From: Oopsacas minuta
Lineage: Eukaryota > Animalia > Porifera
Assembly: GCA_024704765.1 (NCBI GenBank)
Contig: JAKMXF010000321.1
Coordinates: 1,116,001-1,180,000, forward strand
DNA length: 64,000 nucleotides
Reading direction: 5' to 3'
Part shown: positions 24,438 to 38,399 of the stretch, piece by piece
Numbering within the stretch: the stretch's first letter is position 1
Layout of the letters: the number at the start of each line of letters is the position of its first letter
The notes under the pieces: generated by a model
Seen by the model: the letters and a program-made list of their open reading frames with translations, nothing else
Databases searched by the model: none
What the model was told of the DNA's origin: nothing
Made by a program: the position numbers and the translations under genes

Positions 24438-25376
24438 TTATATTTCAAGGAACTTAACTTGAGGAGTACTCCATATTTCAGATGTAATGAAAACTAAACG
24501 TTGTTTTGAGTCAATTGTAATTCCTCTTTCGGTGCGACAATTACGTCCATAACTTAGTAAATTTATACTAGAGATTGTTGAAAACTTCTCTCCATCCCAC
24601 TGTTTGATGGTATCTCCTTCACAGAAGTAGTATACCCCAGAGCTACTAATTGTGAATGTTACAATGGTTGCTAGATCCTCCTTCTGATAGAAGTAAGCTC
24701 TCATCTGTATCCCTTCTTTAGACATAATCGTAATTAAATGTGCATTACCTTCTAGTGACAGGATATGTAATAGATCTTGATGAATTCTGATGTCTGATGT
24801 TTGACCTTCATCCTCTTTAACGACGTCATATAACTTTGGTTTCATTTCATGCATTATGGCTAATACTGAATTAAACTGACATATGAATAAACCATCACAG
24901 TCTGCTTCTATCCTTGTAGACCCTCTGGTTTCTTTCACTAGCCCGATTCCATAAGCGTAGTAGTATGGACTTGTGTATACAGAACATTTAAAGGGCATTT
25001 TTATTGTAGAAATCAATTCTGCATCTTCTGTGATTACCGATATAACCCGAGTACTTCTGTTTGTTATGTAGATAAGATTGTTATGAAACGCTATCCCGTG
25101 GAGATCAAATTGAGTCCCAGGCCTGGTTGTATTTGTGAGGTTGTATTTTATTTTCGTGTTGTAAATACAATCTCCTTCTTCTGAGAATACAAACAATCTG
25201 TCATACCCGTGTTCTGAAACTATACACCCAGTAGTTATCATTCTTAATACGTAAATGTTGTTTGTGATAGGATCAATGGCAACTGCAGAGGCAGATTGCA
25301 TACAAATAAATTCTTCAAAAGATTGCATACGATTAAATGTTTTATATTTAGATGTCTGTGAATTTCTGTTTCCCAT
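24438..25376 (-). CDS. Intronless NHL/beta-propeller-like protein (312 aa)
   Basis: Long open frame in AT-rich DNA with repeated blade motifs (AVAIDPITNNIYV, HGIAFHNNLIYITN, RGITIDSKQRLVF) and an N-terminal MGNRNS. Confidence 0.7.
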   Translation of the reverse strand: MGNRNSQTSKYKTFNRMQSFEEFICMQSASAVAIDPITNNIYVLRMITTGCIVSEHGYDRLFVFSEEGDCIYNTKIKYNLTNTTRPGTQFDLHGIAFHNNLIYITNRSTRVISVITEDAELISTIKMPFKCSVYTSPYYYAYGIGLVKETRGSTRIEADCDGLFICQFNSVLAIMHEMKPKLYDVVKEDEGQTSDIRIHQDLLHILSLEGNAHLITIMSKEGIQMRAYFYQKEDLATIVTFTISSSGVYYFCEGDTIKQWDGEKFSTISSINLLSYGRNCRTERGITIDSKQRLVFITSEIWSTPQVKFLEI

Positions 25377-25981
25377 CCCAAGTTGTTTCGATCTAAAACA
25401 TAGTTACAAAACGCTATATTTGTCATACTTGCCAACTAACCTGCTTTGGCGGGACGTCCCGATTCCGGCCGTAGATTCAGTGTTATGTCCCGATAAATCG
25501 TGATATTAGTTAATTCAGTAGCGTAGCTAGTAGGTCGGGTCCTGAGCAATATTAATTTGTACCTGATCAATAGAGGTTGTAATAATAAATAATAGCTGGC
25601 TAAACTCAGGACTAGGAATATTTTCGTGCCTGGGCAATCATTGAACTCTAGCTACTCCCTAGCTGAATTGTCCCACTTTAGGTAGTACATAATATTACTA
25701 ATATGCTATGTCCTGTGTACCCACCTAGAATTATACCTTCCGTCCCACTTTTCTCTTCACCTCGGTTGGAAAGTATGCTCTGTAGGGTAAATTTCCATAA
25801 TAGCTAAGCCTTAGAGATGCGACATTGTTGAGCGTCCTTCCATTCGAGTACCGAGCGAAAATACCATTAATATCCAAAAATCCACAAATTTTATGAAATG
25901 AATCATCATAGCATTCTATACACTAAGGTAATGATAATCCATTAAAATTTTGGACCAGGGACAGCGCACGGGCCTCTGAAT

Positions 25982-26366
25982 GGGAACACAGCATTAGTTC
26001 TACTACTTTAGTAGTCATTAGTTCTAATTTTCTTTTGTAGACGTTAGTTCTACTATTTCAATGTGTAGGCATTAGTTCTACTACTCTAGTAAGAAAATGG
26101 ATTTATAGAAACGAGGACGTGATATGATATTTATTGTATTAATTATAAACTCGTACCATTGGGAGGGGATTAGGGATTTTGTTCACTGCCTTATCGTTCT
26201 GGGAGTTTCATTTGTACTCGTTATTAAGCTACCTAGGGGTGAGGATATGGAGTCCATGCTAACATTGTGTTTGGATGGACTTTTATTGGATTAATTAGCA
26301 GAAGCACTGTCAATTTTCAGAGTGGAACTAATGACTACATATGCAGTAGAACTAATGCATGTGCCC
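25982..26366. mobile_element. MITE with 9-bp TSD (Mutator/Merlin-like)
   Basis: CCTCTGAAT flanks both sides (25973-25981; 26367-26375). GGG..CAC..GCATTAGTTCTACT termini and repeated ATTAGTTCTACT subterminal motifs; the same motif recurs at about 28535-28580. Confidence 0.7.
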
Positions 26367-26699
26367 CCTCTGAATACTTGATCTCGGTCAAGTGTGATTT
26401 TAATATTTGGTGTCATATCTAAATTATCTGTCAACTCTATTTCCGATTTCAGCAGTTTTGAATATGAAACCTTTCATTATAATAAGATAGTGTTTTATTC
26501 AATAATTTAATTGTATACGGTAATAGGATGTGGTTTAGTCATTATTTGCAACAAGAGATAATTAATAACCAATTACTACACTGATTCGTGCACAACTTAC
26601 GCAACACATTAGCTAACATAAAGTTTAAAACATTAATAACCTTACCAATTGCGAAAACATATTTCATTTAATTATGGATGCGCATGAAGCAGCTAAATT

Positions 26700-27800
26700 T
26701 AAGGTTTGTCTTTGGTACTGCGCCAAAGTTTGCAATATTAAGCTCATTTCGCATCACTTATTCAAGGAACCAGCTGATGAGATAACAAAATTAGCTGATC
26801 AATACACGAAAGTATTTGAACCCCTAACTATAGATCATGCCTTGGCCCAAATATTTATGTACAACCTGTAAACTTTATTTGGCCAAGGTTGCGGGTAGTG
26901 ATGCCCCTCAGAAACAGCCAATCCGATAATTTGGGCCAATTTCTTGCATCAAACGCTTTCAACATGTACTCTTAATAATCAATGCCCAATGTGTGAGGAA
27001 GCGACTAGATTTGGAAGACGTTCTCTTGCCAAATCGGAAATTTCACATGCAAAACCTGGAAGACTAATGATAAATTCTCCAGCAAAGGTTGTTAAACATT
27101 GTAGCGAATATTTAACAACCTTTCTTCTTTGGAAAGTTGTGAACATTTTGGGACCTTCCATTCAAGAGACCAGACGGGACTGTATATTTTGATCAATCTA
27201 TGTAAGATTTTGACAACACTTTATTCATGTAGGATTTGGAGCAACGCTTTAAAGTGAATATTTCACACCTTTTAGGTGAAAATAACTTAAACAAATAATC
27301 CTGTAAACTGATAGAAAATTCGGAAAAGTATAAAATGATTGCTAATAATAGCATTTTATCTGATTATCTACACATACAGTAGCCTTATGCATATATGAGT
27401 TACAATTGCCAATCAGAAGTTGAGAATATTCAATTACAGTTTTGGACATAACTGGAATTTGCAGCATTCTTCTTTTACACATAATACATTTTGTGTTGCG
27501 ATAAGATATAGATGCTGCTTCTGGGTGATTTCGGCATGTATCATTGAAGTTATCACGCAACCTATCGCTAGATGTTTCAGACGCTCTCTTTAACTTATTT
27601 CGGAGTTCAATCGGTCGAGCTTTATATGCATCAATATCATGGTTATGGCCTTGTGTGGAATAAATTGGTTCAAGTACAGGTCAATTTTTCCAAAACCTTT
27701 GTATTTTAACTTTTTATATACGATGCATCTTTGATATTTGTATTTTGGATAATATCTTACATTTGAGTATATGAACCCATCAGATTCGTAGTTAAAATAG
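26700..27800 (-). mobile_element. Second, heavily decayed MULE-like transposase
   Basis: Fragments GHNHD..ELRNKLKRASE..RDNFNDTCRNHPEAASISY..MCKRR and QRRKVVKYSL; many stops. Confidence 0.45.
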
Positions 27801-29517
27801 TTGAGTATATTTTATTCAATGCTGGAAAAAGCCATCGGGATAAAGACCTGCTAATTTGTGTAGAAAGTGTAGGGACACAAATCACACAATTCAATAGCAC
27901 CCCATATAATTCTCTTTATATATCCCTCAACGAATTTATGATAACATATATATGCCACCTAAAATCAAAAAAATGAATCCTATTCTTCTTGTTTGCTCTC
28001 ATATGATAATTTGTTGGTTTAACTCAAGGTATACTGAGCCAAATCTGAATAAATAAGCGTTGATCAAAATCATACACAATCGTTGATCAACATATACAGT
28101 CTCCCATTTCAATACTGGGCCACTTTACTAAAGCATAGTCAACCCAGTTTAATTCAGTATTTTTCATTCAGTAAGTAAATATTTGATTTTTGCATATTCA
28201 TTAGATATTAACTTCCAATGGTTCTTAAACGTGAAATTAATTTTTGCGGTTTAAAGCTATTGACACCAACCGGTTGGGATCAAAAGCCAAATCTAGGAGG
28301 AACCCCTTAAAAACTTTGTCCCAACAGTTGGACATCTAGCGATGACAAATGCAAGAAAATACTCTGAAAATCACATCCTGGCTGGCTTATAAAAATCTAA
28401 GAAAACAGGTGGTCGGTGTCAATAAGACCACAGATTGGCTATTGTCACTGACACACTTTGTTATTTGTGTACTCAAATAGATTGAACACTAGTCACTTAT
28501 TAATTAATATATTACATTATAATATTTACTCTCCAAAAACGAGTAGAACTAATGCCAACTCTCAAATAACGAGTAGAACTCAAGCCAGCGGAGGCTCTGC
28601 CATTATTAATAGAATTATCCACTGTGAGCGCACGAATGGTTCTAAATCCCATTTTCCAGAGGACATTCTCTACAATATCGATATTTTGATAGAAAAGTAC
28701 AAGATGATCAGCTGGAGAGGCTAAAACATATATCCTATGGAATTTTGATGATGTTGCAATATAAGTTTTGGATTATGATATGTATCAAACTACACATAAT
28801 TTTATCAATGAACTTTATTGTGTTATAATGAACAATAGTATTTGTATAATTAACCATGACATTTGATTAATGGTCTGACCTATATGTTCATATAAATAAT
28901 AGAGAATAAATAAATAAATGATTATATTAGTGAATCCATGGTCCAAGAATATAGTGACTGTCATTAGAATGTTATACCATATATAGAAACCTCATTGCAT
29001 ATAACTAATTAACTATACAGCCAGACTGAGCCAGATACTATTAGTATATCTATACGATTACACAAATACTGAAGTAGTCCAATTTCGCTCGTTTATGAAG
29101 AAATAGAGCCACTTATTGATTAAGAATTGAACTTTATTGGTTTCCAGACTTGTAAATTGTAGAACACTTATGGTCCACATAATATGTTTAAATTGCCATC
29201 TTTCGTTTCGTTTAGACTCAATTAAAATTCTTACATCACAATTACATACTTGCTGACCAAAATCTGTACGACTTTGTTCATTCATATTTGCGAAAAATCA
29301 AAATTGATAAGATTTTCCGGTTAAATCATGCAATGTAAATTAGCATCTTTTGCAGTGGACATACTGGGACTTTACTTGTATTTCTTAATTTAATTGATAT
29401 CTGATACAATTAATAACTATGCAATGTATGTAGGCTCATGTACCAAATACAGCTGGATAATAATGTGAAAAGTGCATTAAGATAAACTAATAACAATATA
29501 ATTATTAATTAATTAAT

Positions 29518-32500
29518 ATGATATTATTTAAGATGACCTTTTGTATTAGAAAAAGATTGTGCATATATTTTATCTTAGTATTCGTATGTTGTTTATTTAT
29601 CAATCAATTCCTTCATGTATTTAACCAAGACCGTTTCTCAAATACTATTTTACAGCTTACACCGCTCCCTTACCAAATTTACAAAGAAAGCAATGACAAA
29701 TACACAAAGAGAAACACAACTATCATATCCAATGTGACCTGTCCTGTCTCTAAGAGACATCGCAGTCGTAGTCAAGCTCCAATTGCTCTTGCAACTTTTC
29801 CTGGATCTGGCACCACTTGGCTAAGATATCTTATTGAAGAATCCACAGGCTATCTTACTGGTAAATTTTCAATATTTACTGACATATCTACCAAATTTAT
29901 AATAGTTAGGGTATGTATATCAGGGGTCCTCTATAGAGACCCGCGGGTTAAATATAGCCCTCCAAAAATTTGCACTTCGTTCCTCGGATTTGCTTAATTA
30001 CACATTGACTATCTTGCTTATTCCTTTTGGTCACTACACGACTAGTACTCGGCACCATGTGTCTCGAATTTAAACAGTAGCGGAAGATTTTATTAGCCAT
30101 GGTCCAGTAATCCAATTTTTTCATATTTTCATGGATATACATATACCAGAGACCAGTCAACTCGTACCAATGACCAACTCATACACCGCATTAAGTCAAC
30201 TCGACCACCTCTGAAGAGGCTACCCCGAAATTACGACCACTATTTTATGTCCCGTATAAATCTGTACTCATAGACAGACACATTAGTATTAATTCGTTTC
30301 AAAATCCTATCACCTCGAAATTATCGCCGGAATTATTGGTCCCAAGGGTGGTCGTAATTTCGAGGTTCCACTGTACAATATCCACTAAAATTTCAAAAAC
30401 AGAATTTTAACTACCATAAGAATAAATTAAATATTCCCCCATTTAGCAACAATATACGACCGAGATAACGAGAACTTCAAAGGTAGCACATTCAAAGACG
30501 GAAGATCCATTGCGATCAAGACTCATTTAATGTACAATGAATTTAAGACTCCACATCCCTTTATGTTAGAATATGGAAAGGCTATTATCCTAATAAGACA
30601 TCCTAGAAATTCAATTATTGCAGAAGTTAACCGTGAATTTTCTGATAACCCCTTAGGCTTTATGGATCTCTCATGGAATGGTAAGTTCAAATATCATTAC
30701 GTATTTATATTTGTCTGTAGTGTGACTTAGTTCATGTGTGGAGATTCCATCAGGGAACAAGCGTGATACTAAATATACATACCAAATTAAAAGTCTCATT
30801 GTGTGTGTATGTGTGTGTGTGTGTGTGTGTGTCAGTGAGTGATTATAATTTTTGAGGACATTCTTTATAACCAGACTCGGGGGGAAGGGCGACAAACCCG
30901 ATACAACTGCTGGTGCGGCAATTAGGACTTGCAATGTTGGAATTAATAATAAATTATTATAAGTATACCCTACCCAGACAAAAGTATTCATCCATATCCA
31001 AATTTTCCATCCAAATAATACAATAGTGGGTTATTCTTGATGTCAATACAGTACAATATTTCATTTTCAATATTTGTTCACTTTTGGGGGCATAAAGTAA
31101 GCAGATTTAAAGATTATGGTAGTATCATATTTACTACGGTTAAGATTATGAGTTCATGTACTCGAGTGCCGCAGGCCGAGTGCGTATACAGAGTGTTCGC
31201 AACCGCGTAGCGCAAGTAAACTAACCGCCCGCTAGCATATTTGAATGTACTTACCATTATGTAACTGAAATTGTAATTGTAATCTATACTATCATAACGC
31301 GATTAATCTGTATATATATATTTGTTTGTATGTCAAGAATTTATTCAAGAAACTGGAGGACCCCCAAGGCTGATTTTTAGCATACAGGGGTATTTTGGGC
31401 ATGACTCGGGCATGTTCGAGTCTTGGATGAAAATTCAAACCTATGACGAAATTATGACGCCATTATCACTTTTTGGATTTTCGAAAAATTACACTTTTCA
31501 CCACTGCTCAGCCGATATACATGATAGAAGTTTGAAATTTGAATCACAGGTACCTCTCAAAGTGAGAAATGTACTGGCGTCATGGTTCTGACCGAAAGCG
31601 ACATAGCATCTCTAGTGTCACCACAGAAGGCCATTCAATGTAATTTGAATGGACCATGGATAATAAAATTTTTACTATTCTGTGAATTCGAGGCATGTAC
31701 TGCCGAGTGTATTCTGTAGCATAGCGACCAATATCGTTATCAAATTTACCTGTTTAATTAATACTTAAGCTAACCTGGAGCTCTAAGCTGTCACACAGCT
31801 ACCTAGCAAGGGAAGCGGCTAGTTGTAAATATATTCTCTATTGCAGTCTATAGCAGGGGTCCACAGGATGTGTTCAAATTGGTATATGGGGTTAACGTGT
31901 CAAAAAGGTTAGGACCCGCTGCTCTAGGCTCTGGAAAAGAAAATTTCGAAACAATAACAGAATTCCATGATGCATACATGCCAACCTGAGTGTAGAAAAA
32001 GCAGGACGGAAGATATTAGCCTCATTGGCCTCAACATATTGTTTTGACAAAAATGGTCCCCTCATTAGTGATTACTTAATAGGCTTTAGACAAATTGTAG
32101 GTCATTCAAACTTTATGCATGTTGTCTATTCTATTAGTTACTTTTACCCGAGTGTTCATAATATACCTTTGGCATCATCTCTTAAATTATAGTACTTTTT
32201 CACAATTAGAAGTCTCTAGAACAGATGCGATTATAGTATTTTTCGCATGCGATTTTAATCTTATGCATATCGAGTGAATCAACCTAGCAGTTGCTGAGTT
32301 TATTTATTTGGAACAATGTCAAGGAATTTCACAATAAGCTCCCTATACTTTGATCCCAAGTCTAAGAAGAGAAAGACCTGAAGACCCGGAGTTTTTTTAT
32401 CTAACAATATCCTCACACGGTGTCCCTAAAAGTCGGATAGGATTGATAAAATATGGTCTGAAATAATCACTGGTCAATAGATTCGTTGTTATGTGTAGAA

Positions 32501-35500
32501 TTCAATGAATGTGTCTTTCAAATATGTGGTTGGCCAACCCAAGAGGAGCCTGCAAAATCTAGAACAGACTTCTATATTTTACAGTGATTGAATGCAGGTT
32601 GCTTTAGTATTGTGAATACAGTACACCCTCGCTAATCCGAACAGTCCTGTGCCAATGAAAATACAAACTGTTCAAATTAGTGAATAACACTAATCCAATG
32701 GAGAATTACCACCTCGCTAATCCGATCCCTCACTTTATCCAACAAAAATCAGGACTAATATCGAGTGCGGTATTAAGATTTGCATTCAGTCTAGGCAAAT
32801 AGTAAATAAGATCTTGCTAATATCAGAATCGTGGTAACTATGCCCGGTTGAGGAGGTGCCCGTGTCTTAACAACAAATCTCGTATGTTTTCTGGCTAAAA
32901 TGATATTTTCTTACTTACTGCATATAAAGAGGTGCGGATCTTGGAGGTCTACTAACTGTACAAAATCGCATGCGAAAAGAGGATTTCAATCCCACATATT
33001 TTGTTCAATAATAGGGGGACGATTTTTGTCAAAACAATATGTCCAAAAAAACGGGAGAGTAGCAAGTATGATGACGTCATTAACGACATAAAATTGAAAC
33101 GCGAATAACTCAATAATGATAACAACTAGACTGTTAGAGTAATACTTCCAATTGATTAAGTGTAGTAGATGTTGCGACGGACACATTGCCCACTATAACT
33201 ATGACGTCACCATAGTGGAGGTGGTGGTGACAAAGCGAAATTTTCAAAAGTGAGATTTCATAAAATTAGGCCAAACATGAGTGTTTGCAGACAAATAAAC
33301 AGATCGCAAGAAAAATGAAACACAAATATTTGGATGAAATTTCACAAAACTATCTTACGTCACATAAATATATAATTAGTCTGTATAGAGACAAAATTGA
33401 ACTGATTAAAATTATTTATATACGTCAGGGTGGGCAGTTCTTTATGAGTTCCTTAATTATTTCCCCAATCTCACCCTGGGGTTCTTATAAAAAATACGTG
33501 TATTTTTCTAAAATAGTGATTCAATTTACAATCAAATCATTTAAAGTGAGGCTACTGCCACCCACCATAACAATATTATTCACTAATTCGAAAATGATCT
33601 AATCCAACAGTTGTAGCTCGCTTCAAATTACCTCTCTACAATCTGAGTGAGGTACATAATCAGCAATACCTCTCAGCGTGCTTTCCAGACAGCCCGCCGC
33701 TCCTGACTTTATTATATCTAGCACCTTTCAAGCCGAATTCAGGATGTAATTTTCCCAGGTGGGCATTGCTTCTATGTTCCCCCTTGGCAGTTTTCGGTCG
33801 ATGTCCCCCTCGGACTTCTTTCTTGACAGGACAGGAGCACAGGATTCTAAATTACAATCAGAGATAAACTATCCTAAAAATTCAACCCCTTACTTATTCC
33901 CACTGCGTTTCTCAAGGCGTTTTGAGTATGATGAGACATTTATCACTGGTTAGCTGAAAACAATCCTTTAATGTTGCCAAATAGATTTCCGTTAAAATTC
34001 TACATGATTTCTGAACAATATATGTAGTCTACAGGGTTAGGCATAAGTTCTACACCAACTTCTCAAAGTAAATATCCCTAGTATTTTCTATCATGCATTT
34101 TTTCTATAGGTTGTAGAATATACTTAGAGCATACATACTCAATTTTTTAATTCCAAATCTTTTCTAAACAGCGAATTCTTTTATGGAGGGCCAAAAATCC
34201 AAACGCCCTGCAATTTTGGAATTATATACACAGGGGAAGACAGTCAAAGAGATAACGAAAGCGCTCTGTTACCAAATGGACTGTGTATAGGACGATCCAA
34301 CGTTTCAACGAAACAGGTGAGACGTCTGACAGACCTAGATCAGGTCGACCTCGATCCATACGCACACCATTGTTGAAAAAATCGGTCAGGGAGAAGATCA
34401 GATACAACCCCAAGAGAAGCGTCCAGAAAATGGCTAACGAATGCAATTGCTCTACGCGAACTATGGGAAGGTTAGTTCATGACGATTTAGGACTTAAATC
34501 ATACAAATTTAGAAAGGCACAGCTATTATCTGATGTCAACAAGAAGAGGATAGAGAAATGTAAGAAACTTCGAGAGCGGTTCAGAGATGGCAGACACCTT
34601 GATATTCTTTTCACAGATGAAAAGTTATCCACCGTTGAATGCAGTTTCAACAGGCAAAATGATAGAGTTCTCTGCTCCACTTCAAAAGGGATATCTCCAG
34701 TTGCAAGGATAGTTAAACGAACCCAAAAACCTGCTTCTGTTATGGTCTGGGGCGGGATCACAGCTACTGGTCGGACCTCCCTCGTGTTCATTGATCAAGG
34801 TGTCAAAGTCAACCCTGAAAAGTATATTCAAGACATATTAGAAGGCGGATTAGAACCTTGGGCTACCCCGCATTTTCAAGGAAGGCACTGGATCTTTCAA
34901 CAGGACTCAGCTCCTGCTCATAAGTCCAAAGCAACCCAAACCTGGTTAAAGGACCATTTTCCAGAGATAATCTCCCCTGTGGAATGGCCAGCTTCATCTC
35001 CTGATCTAAATCGGATGGACTTTAGCATTTGGTCAATTCTGGAGAGCAAAGCTTGCGTTAAACCCCACAAAAGTCTGGAGGCTCTCAGAGCATCATTAGT
35101 TCGGGAATGGCATCTAATACCACAGGAAGTGCTGTCTGCCTCCTCAGATTGTTTCTATAAACGTCTGAGCTCATGCATTCAGGCAAAGGGCGATATTTTT
35201 GAAGGGCTAGTATAGGATATATACAAAATTATGTGAAAACCTTGAATCACAATTATTTGATAAGTTTGCAATGCCATTGAATTGAATATACAACGATAAC
35301 TGAGTTGCAGAACTTATGCCTAACCCTGTAGACAGGTCAAGAAACTTTTACACATTGGGTTAGAGTCAATAATATTCACTTTGTCTACTAGCCTAAACCC
35401 AGAATTCTGGAGCTGGAGGGCCACCTGATTATAGTGTCAATGATATGGGGATCGGGGAGATGCCACCCAATAGTTAAATATAGCATACGAGGGGCACTTG

Positions 35501-37696
35501 AAAAGTTTTGTCGTTTATATACTTATATAATAGGTATTACATATTATATGGTCACATTTTTCAAAATACTCGCCTTGACACTCTATACACCTTTTCATGC
35601 GTTTAAACCAGGTATCAAAGCACATTTTCCATTCTTCTTTGGGTATCTCCTCAATTGCTAAGAAAAGTGCCCCCGGTCAACTCTTCATTGCTGAAAAATC
35701 TCCTCCCACGAAGTTGATCTTTCAGCTTTGGGAATAACCAAATTCGTAAGGGGCTAGATCTGGACTGTAGGGTGGGTGGGGTAGCGTTCCGATCCTATAA
35801 TTCTCTAAAAACTCACGAGTTCTTAGTGCTGTATGTGATGAAGCATTATCGTGGTGAAGCAGGATTCCTCGGACACCTGACTTCTCACGTTGTTTTTTCG
35901 ATAGCACTGAATACTTTCGGAAGACATATTGTGGTATACCAATCAGCGGTGACTGTCTTCCTATCCTCAAGTGCAATTCCTTCAACAAATCCACTACGTC
36001 TAAAGAAAATCGCCCACATCTGCTTTCCGACTGATCTAATTCTCCGAACCTTTGTTGGAGGTAAACCACCTTCTTCGACCCACTCCTTAGATTGTCTCTT
36101 CGTTTCTGGATCATAGTGGTATATCCATGTCTCATCGCCTGTGAGTATTTCAGAAACAGCTCTAGAAGTTCCATTAGTAAATCTTTTAAGCATAATTTTG
36201 CAAAAGTCCACTTGGCACTTTTTCTGATCGGACGACAAAGAATGCGGGATCCAACGTGCACATAACTTTCTAAGACCGAGCTCTTTATGTAAGATGACGT
36301 TTATACTCCCCGATGACAATTTGGTTTCATGTTCTAACTGAGCGTAAGTAACATGAGGGTCTTTTGTTACTTCGTCCAACACCAGCTCTACATTTTGGAC
36401 CGTGTGTGTAATACTGGGCCTACCAGGACGGGGACCATCTTCAAGAATAAAATTTCCATGAATAAACTCTGAGTACCATCGCTCTACTGTTCTCAAACAA
36501 GGAGCTATATTTGGGAAGTGCTTCTGCAAAGTTTCGTGTATTTCCAAACGGCTCTTCTCAAGTTTGAACAAAATTAAAATCATCGCTCTAAAATCGCGTT
36601 TTGTGAGGTCAGATTCTGGTTGAGGAATCATACAAGCCATAGCTTTTAGAAATCAAGCAATTCGAAAAGTACAAAAGATAAACTGATGAAATTTGTTGTG
36701 TAGGTAAATAATATGCGTCTAAATATATATAAAATAATTTTATTAGAAAATACTTGTGGTTTAATAACAAACGACAAAACTTTTCGAGTGCCCTTCGTAT
36801 GTGTAGTATTCTACTCTTAGAGCAAGTTATAATCTTTGAATGACCAGAACCATTCACAAAATAGTGCTTCCAAGCTCTGTTGTCAACAACACTACTAGAG
36901 TACTATTCCTTTTCGCTTATTATTAACAATTCGTATTTTAGTGCAGCTCCTATAGGGAGATGCCCTAATGGCATGGACGATGTGTGACGTCCGTCCTTCC
37001 TCGCGGCAGTGTGAAATCTAGCAGTCCAATTAACATAACAATTGGTATACATATACATTTTGGGTCGGAGATTTGCACCTCAGGTATAAACAATGCTAAA
37101 GTGAATATTTCACACACTTTGGAAATACTTCGAAATGATGCTAGAGATTTTGTTTCAAAGTCATGGGTGATCGAGTATGTATGTAGATTTCAAATTTCAC
37201 ATTATAAATCTATATCTAAATGATTTATCATATGATTAATCATAACACAAACAAACTTTCCTGTGTTGCACTCCCAGTCTGTCGGCTGGGCATTTTATAT
37301 ACACATTTCCTTGCTAACACTTGATATTAATCCTATTATCATTTAGATTCAAAAACTTTGGCTTATCAAGCTCATATGGCTGAGAGATGGCCAAAATTTA
37401 TTAAAAGCTGGTTGAATGATTATGCCAGACCAAAGTTAGTACTTGTCTACGAAAAAATTAACAACAATAAAGAAGAACGTTTACATTCAATAGCTGAATT
37501 CCTAAATGTCCCTATACTCGACCAAGGTCTAATGTGTTTACAGAAATACCCTAATGGTTATGCTCTCAGGGATAAACAGGTACCCAGGCCGAAGTTTCTT
37601 AATCCGTCAATAGAGCACTTAATCCAGGAAGGATTGAGAGAAGTATCTCCTATTCTCATGAATTATGGGATATATTACAATTTGGATAATAACTGA
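29518..37696 (+). CDS. WSCD-type Golgi sulfotransferase lacking WSC domains; exons 29518-29860, 30447-30680, 37347-37696 (308 aa)
   Basis: N-terminal TM anchor; PAPS-binding ALATFPGSGTTWLRYLIE; IAIKTH; AIILIRHPRNSIIAEVNR; W..F...W..LVLVYE..FL. Both introns are GT-AG, phase 1 and frame-consistent. Confidence 0.85.
30801..30832. repeat. (GT)n microsatellite
   Basis: Direct reading. Confidence 0.9.
31345..31720 (+). repeat. Unclassified interspersed repeat (family D)
   Basis: Reverse-complement copy at about 61270-61705; partial copy at about 55880-56030. Confidence 0.7.
34032..35328 (+). mobile_element. maT-family (DD37D) Tc1/mariner element, frameshifted
   Basis: TA|CAGGGTTAGGCATAAGTTCT ... 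AGAACTTATGCCTAACCCTG|TA. FTDE, QQDSAP and SPDLNRMD with 37 residues between D2 and D3. ATG at 34183, with a frameshift before 34283. Confidence 0.9.
35488..36797 (-). mobile_element. mariner element with two frameshifts
   Basis: TA|CGAGGGGCACTTGAAAAGTTTTGTCGTT ... AACGACAAAACTTTTCGAGTGCCCTTCG|TA. Motifs WIPHSL, TGDETW, HHDNA and YSPDLAP are split across ORFs 35885-36640 and 35722-36261. Confidence 0.9.
36940..37230 (+). repeat. Unclassified interspersed repeat (family B)
   Basis: Homologous segments at about 40380-40700 (+), 43095-43235 (+), 47545-47700 (-) and 55510-55800 (-). Confidence 0.7.
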
Positions 37697-38399
37697 ATTT
37701 ATCTATTGCACATTTTAATGTATATACGTATTGTCAATTTTATCATTTACATAATGATTTTCTGGTGTTATTCCTTGATATATTTCAGATTTTTGCCGGA
37801 ATGAATATTACAGGTATCCTTCATCCTCGATTTAAGGGATAGATTATTCTTTGGAAATACCGTGTAAAACGAATTTTAGTCGATCACCAAATTAATGATC
37901 ACGATTTCAATCGTTCAAGAAGAATGATCGGAGATCGTGATTCCGATCCTTGCACCGAAAAGGGTAGCGATCACAATCACGATTTCCGATCACATTTCTG
38001 AAATTTATAAGCACCCCATATAGAGAGATGCTCTATTACCTGCTGCAGTCCACCCGTTCGGGTGGCCATGCGAAATCTACCAGTCTGATTGCCATGAAAA
38101 TTCAGTTTCAAATTCTGTCTGCCCAAAAAGATCGAAAATATGATCCAATAATTTTCAGGATAAAATGATCGCGATCTTACACTCGATTACTGTTTATAAA
38201 ATGACCGGCGATCATCCTCCGATCGACAAAAACAGATTGCGATCGCACGATACTAATGCCCTAACTACAAGTGATAGAACCTTTGCGTAAGAGTCAGCCA
38301 AAAGTCCAATCAGCACACATCTTCGTGGTCGAAGGTTCGCCTTTGTGATCCGAAACCCGACGTTTAGGGAGGTGAACAAACAGCAGTTATAGTACGGAC

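Noticed and set aside
29917-29997. Possible micro-exon GVLYRDPR in the sulfotransferase
   Set aside because: Direct splicing 29860 to 30447 already restores frame and the expected motif spacing.
31322-31591. Similar ORFs at 31322-31591 and 61473-61709
   Set aside because: Both lie in copies of interspersed repeat family D and show no domain signal.
33660-33960. GC-richer patch in the sulfotransferase intron
   Set aside because: No recognisable motif in any frame and no termini; it could not be assigned.
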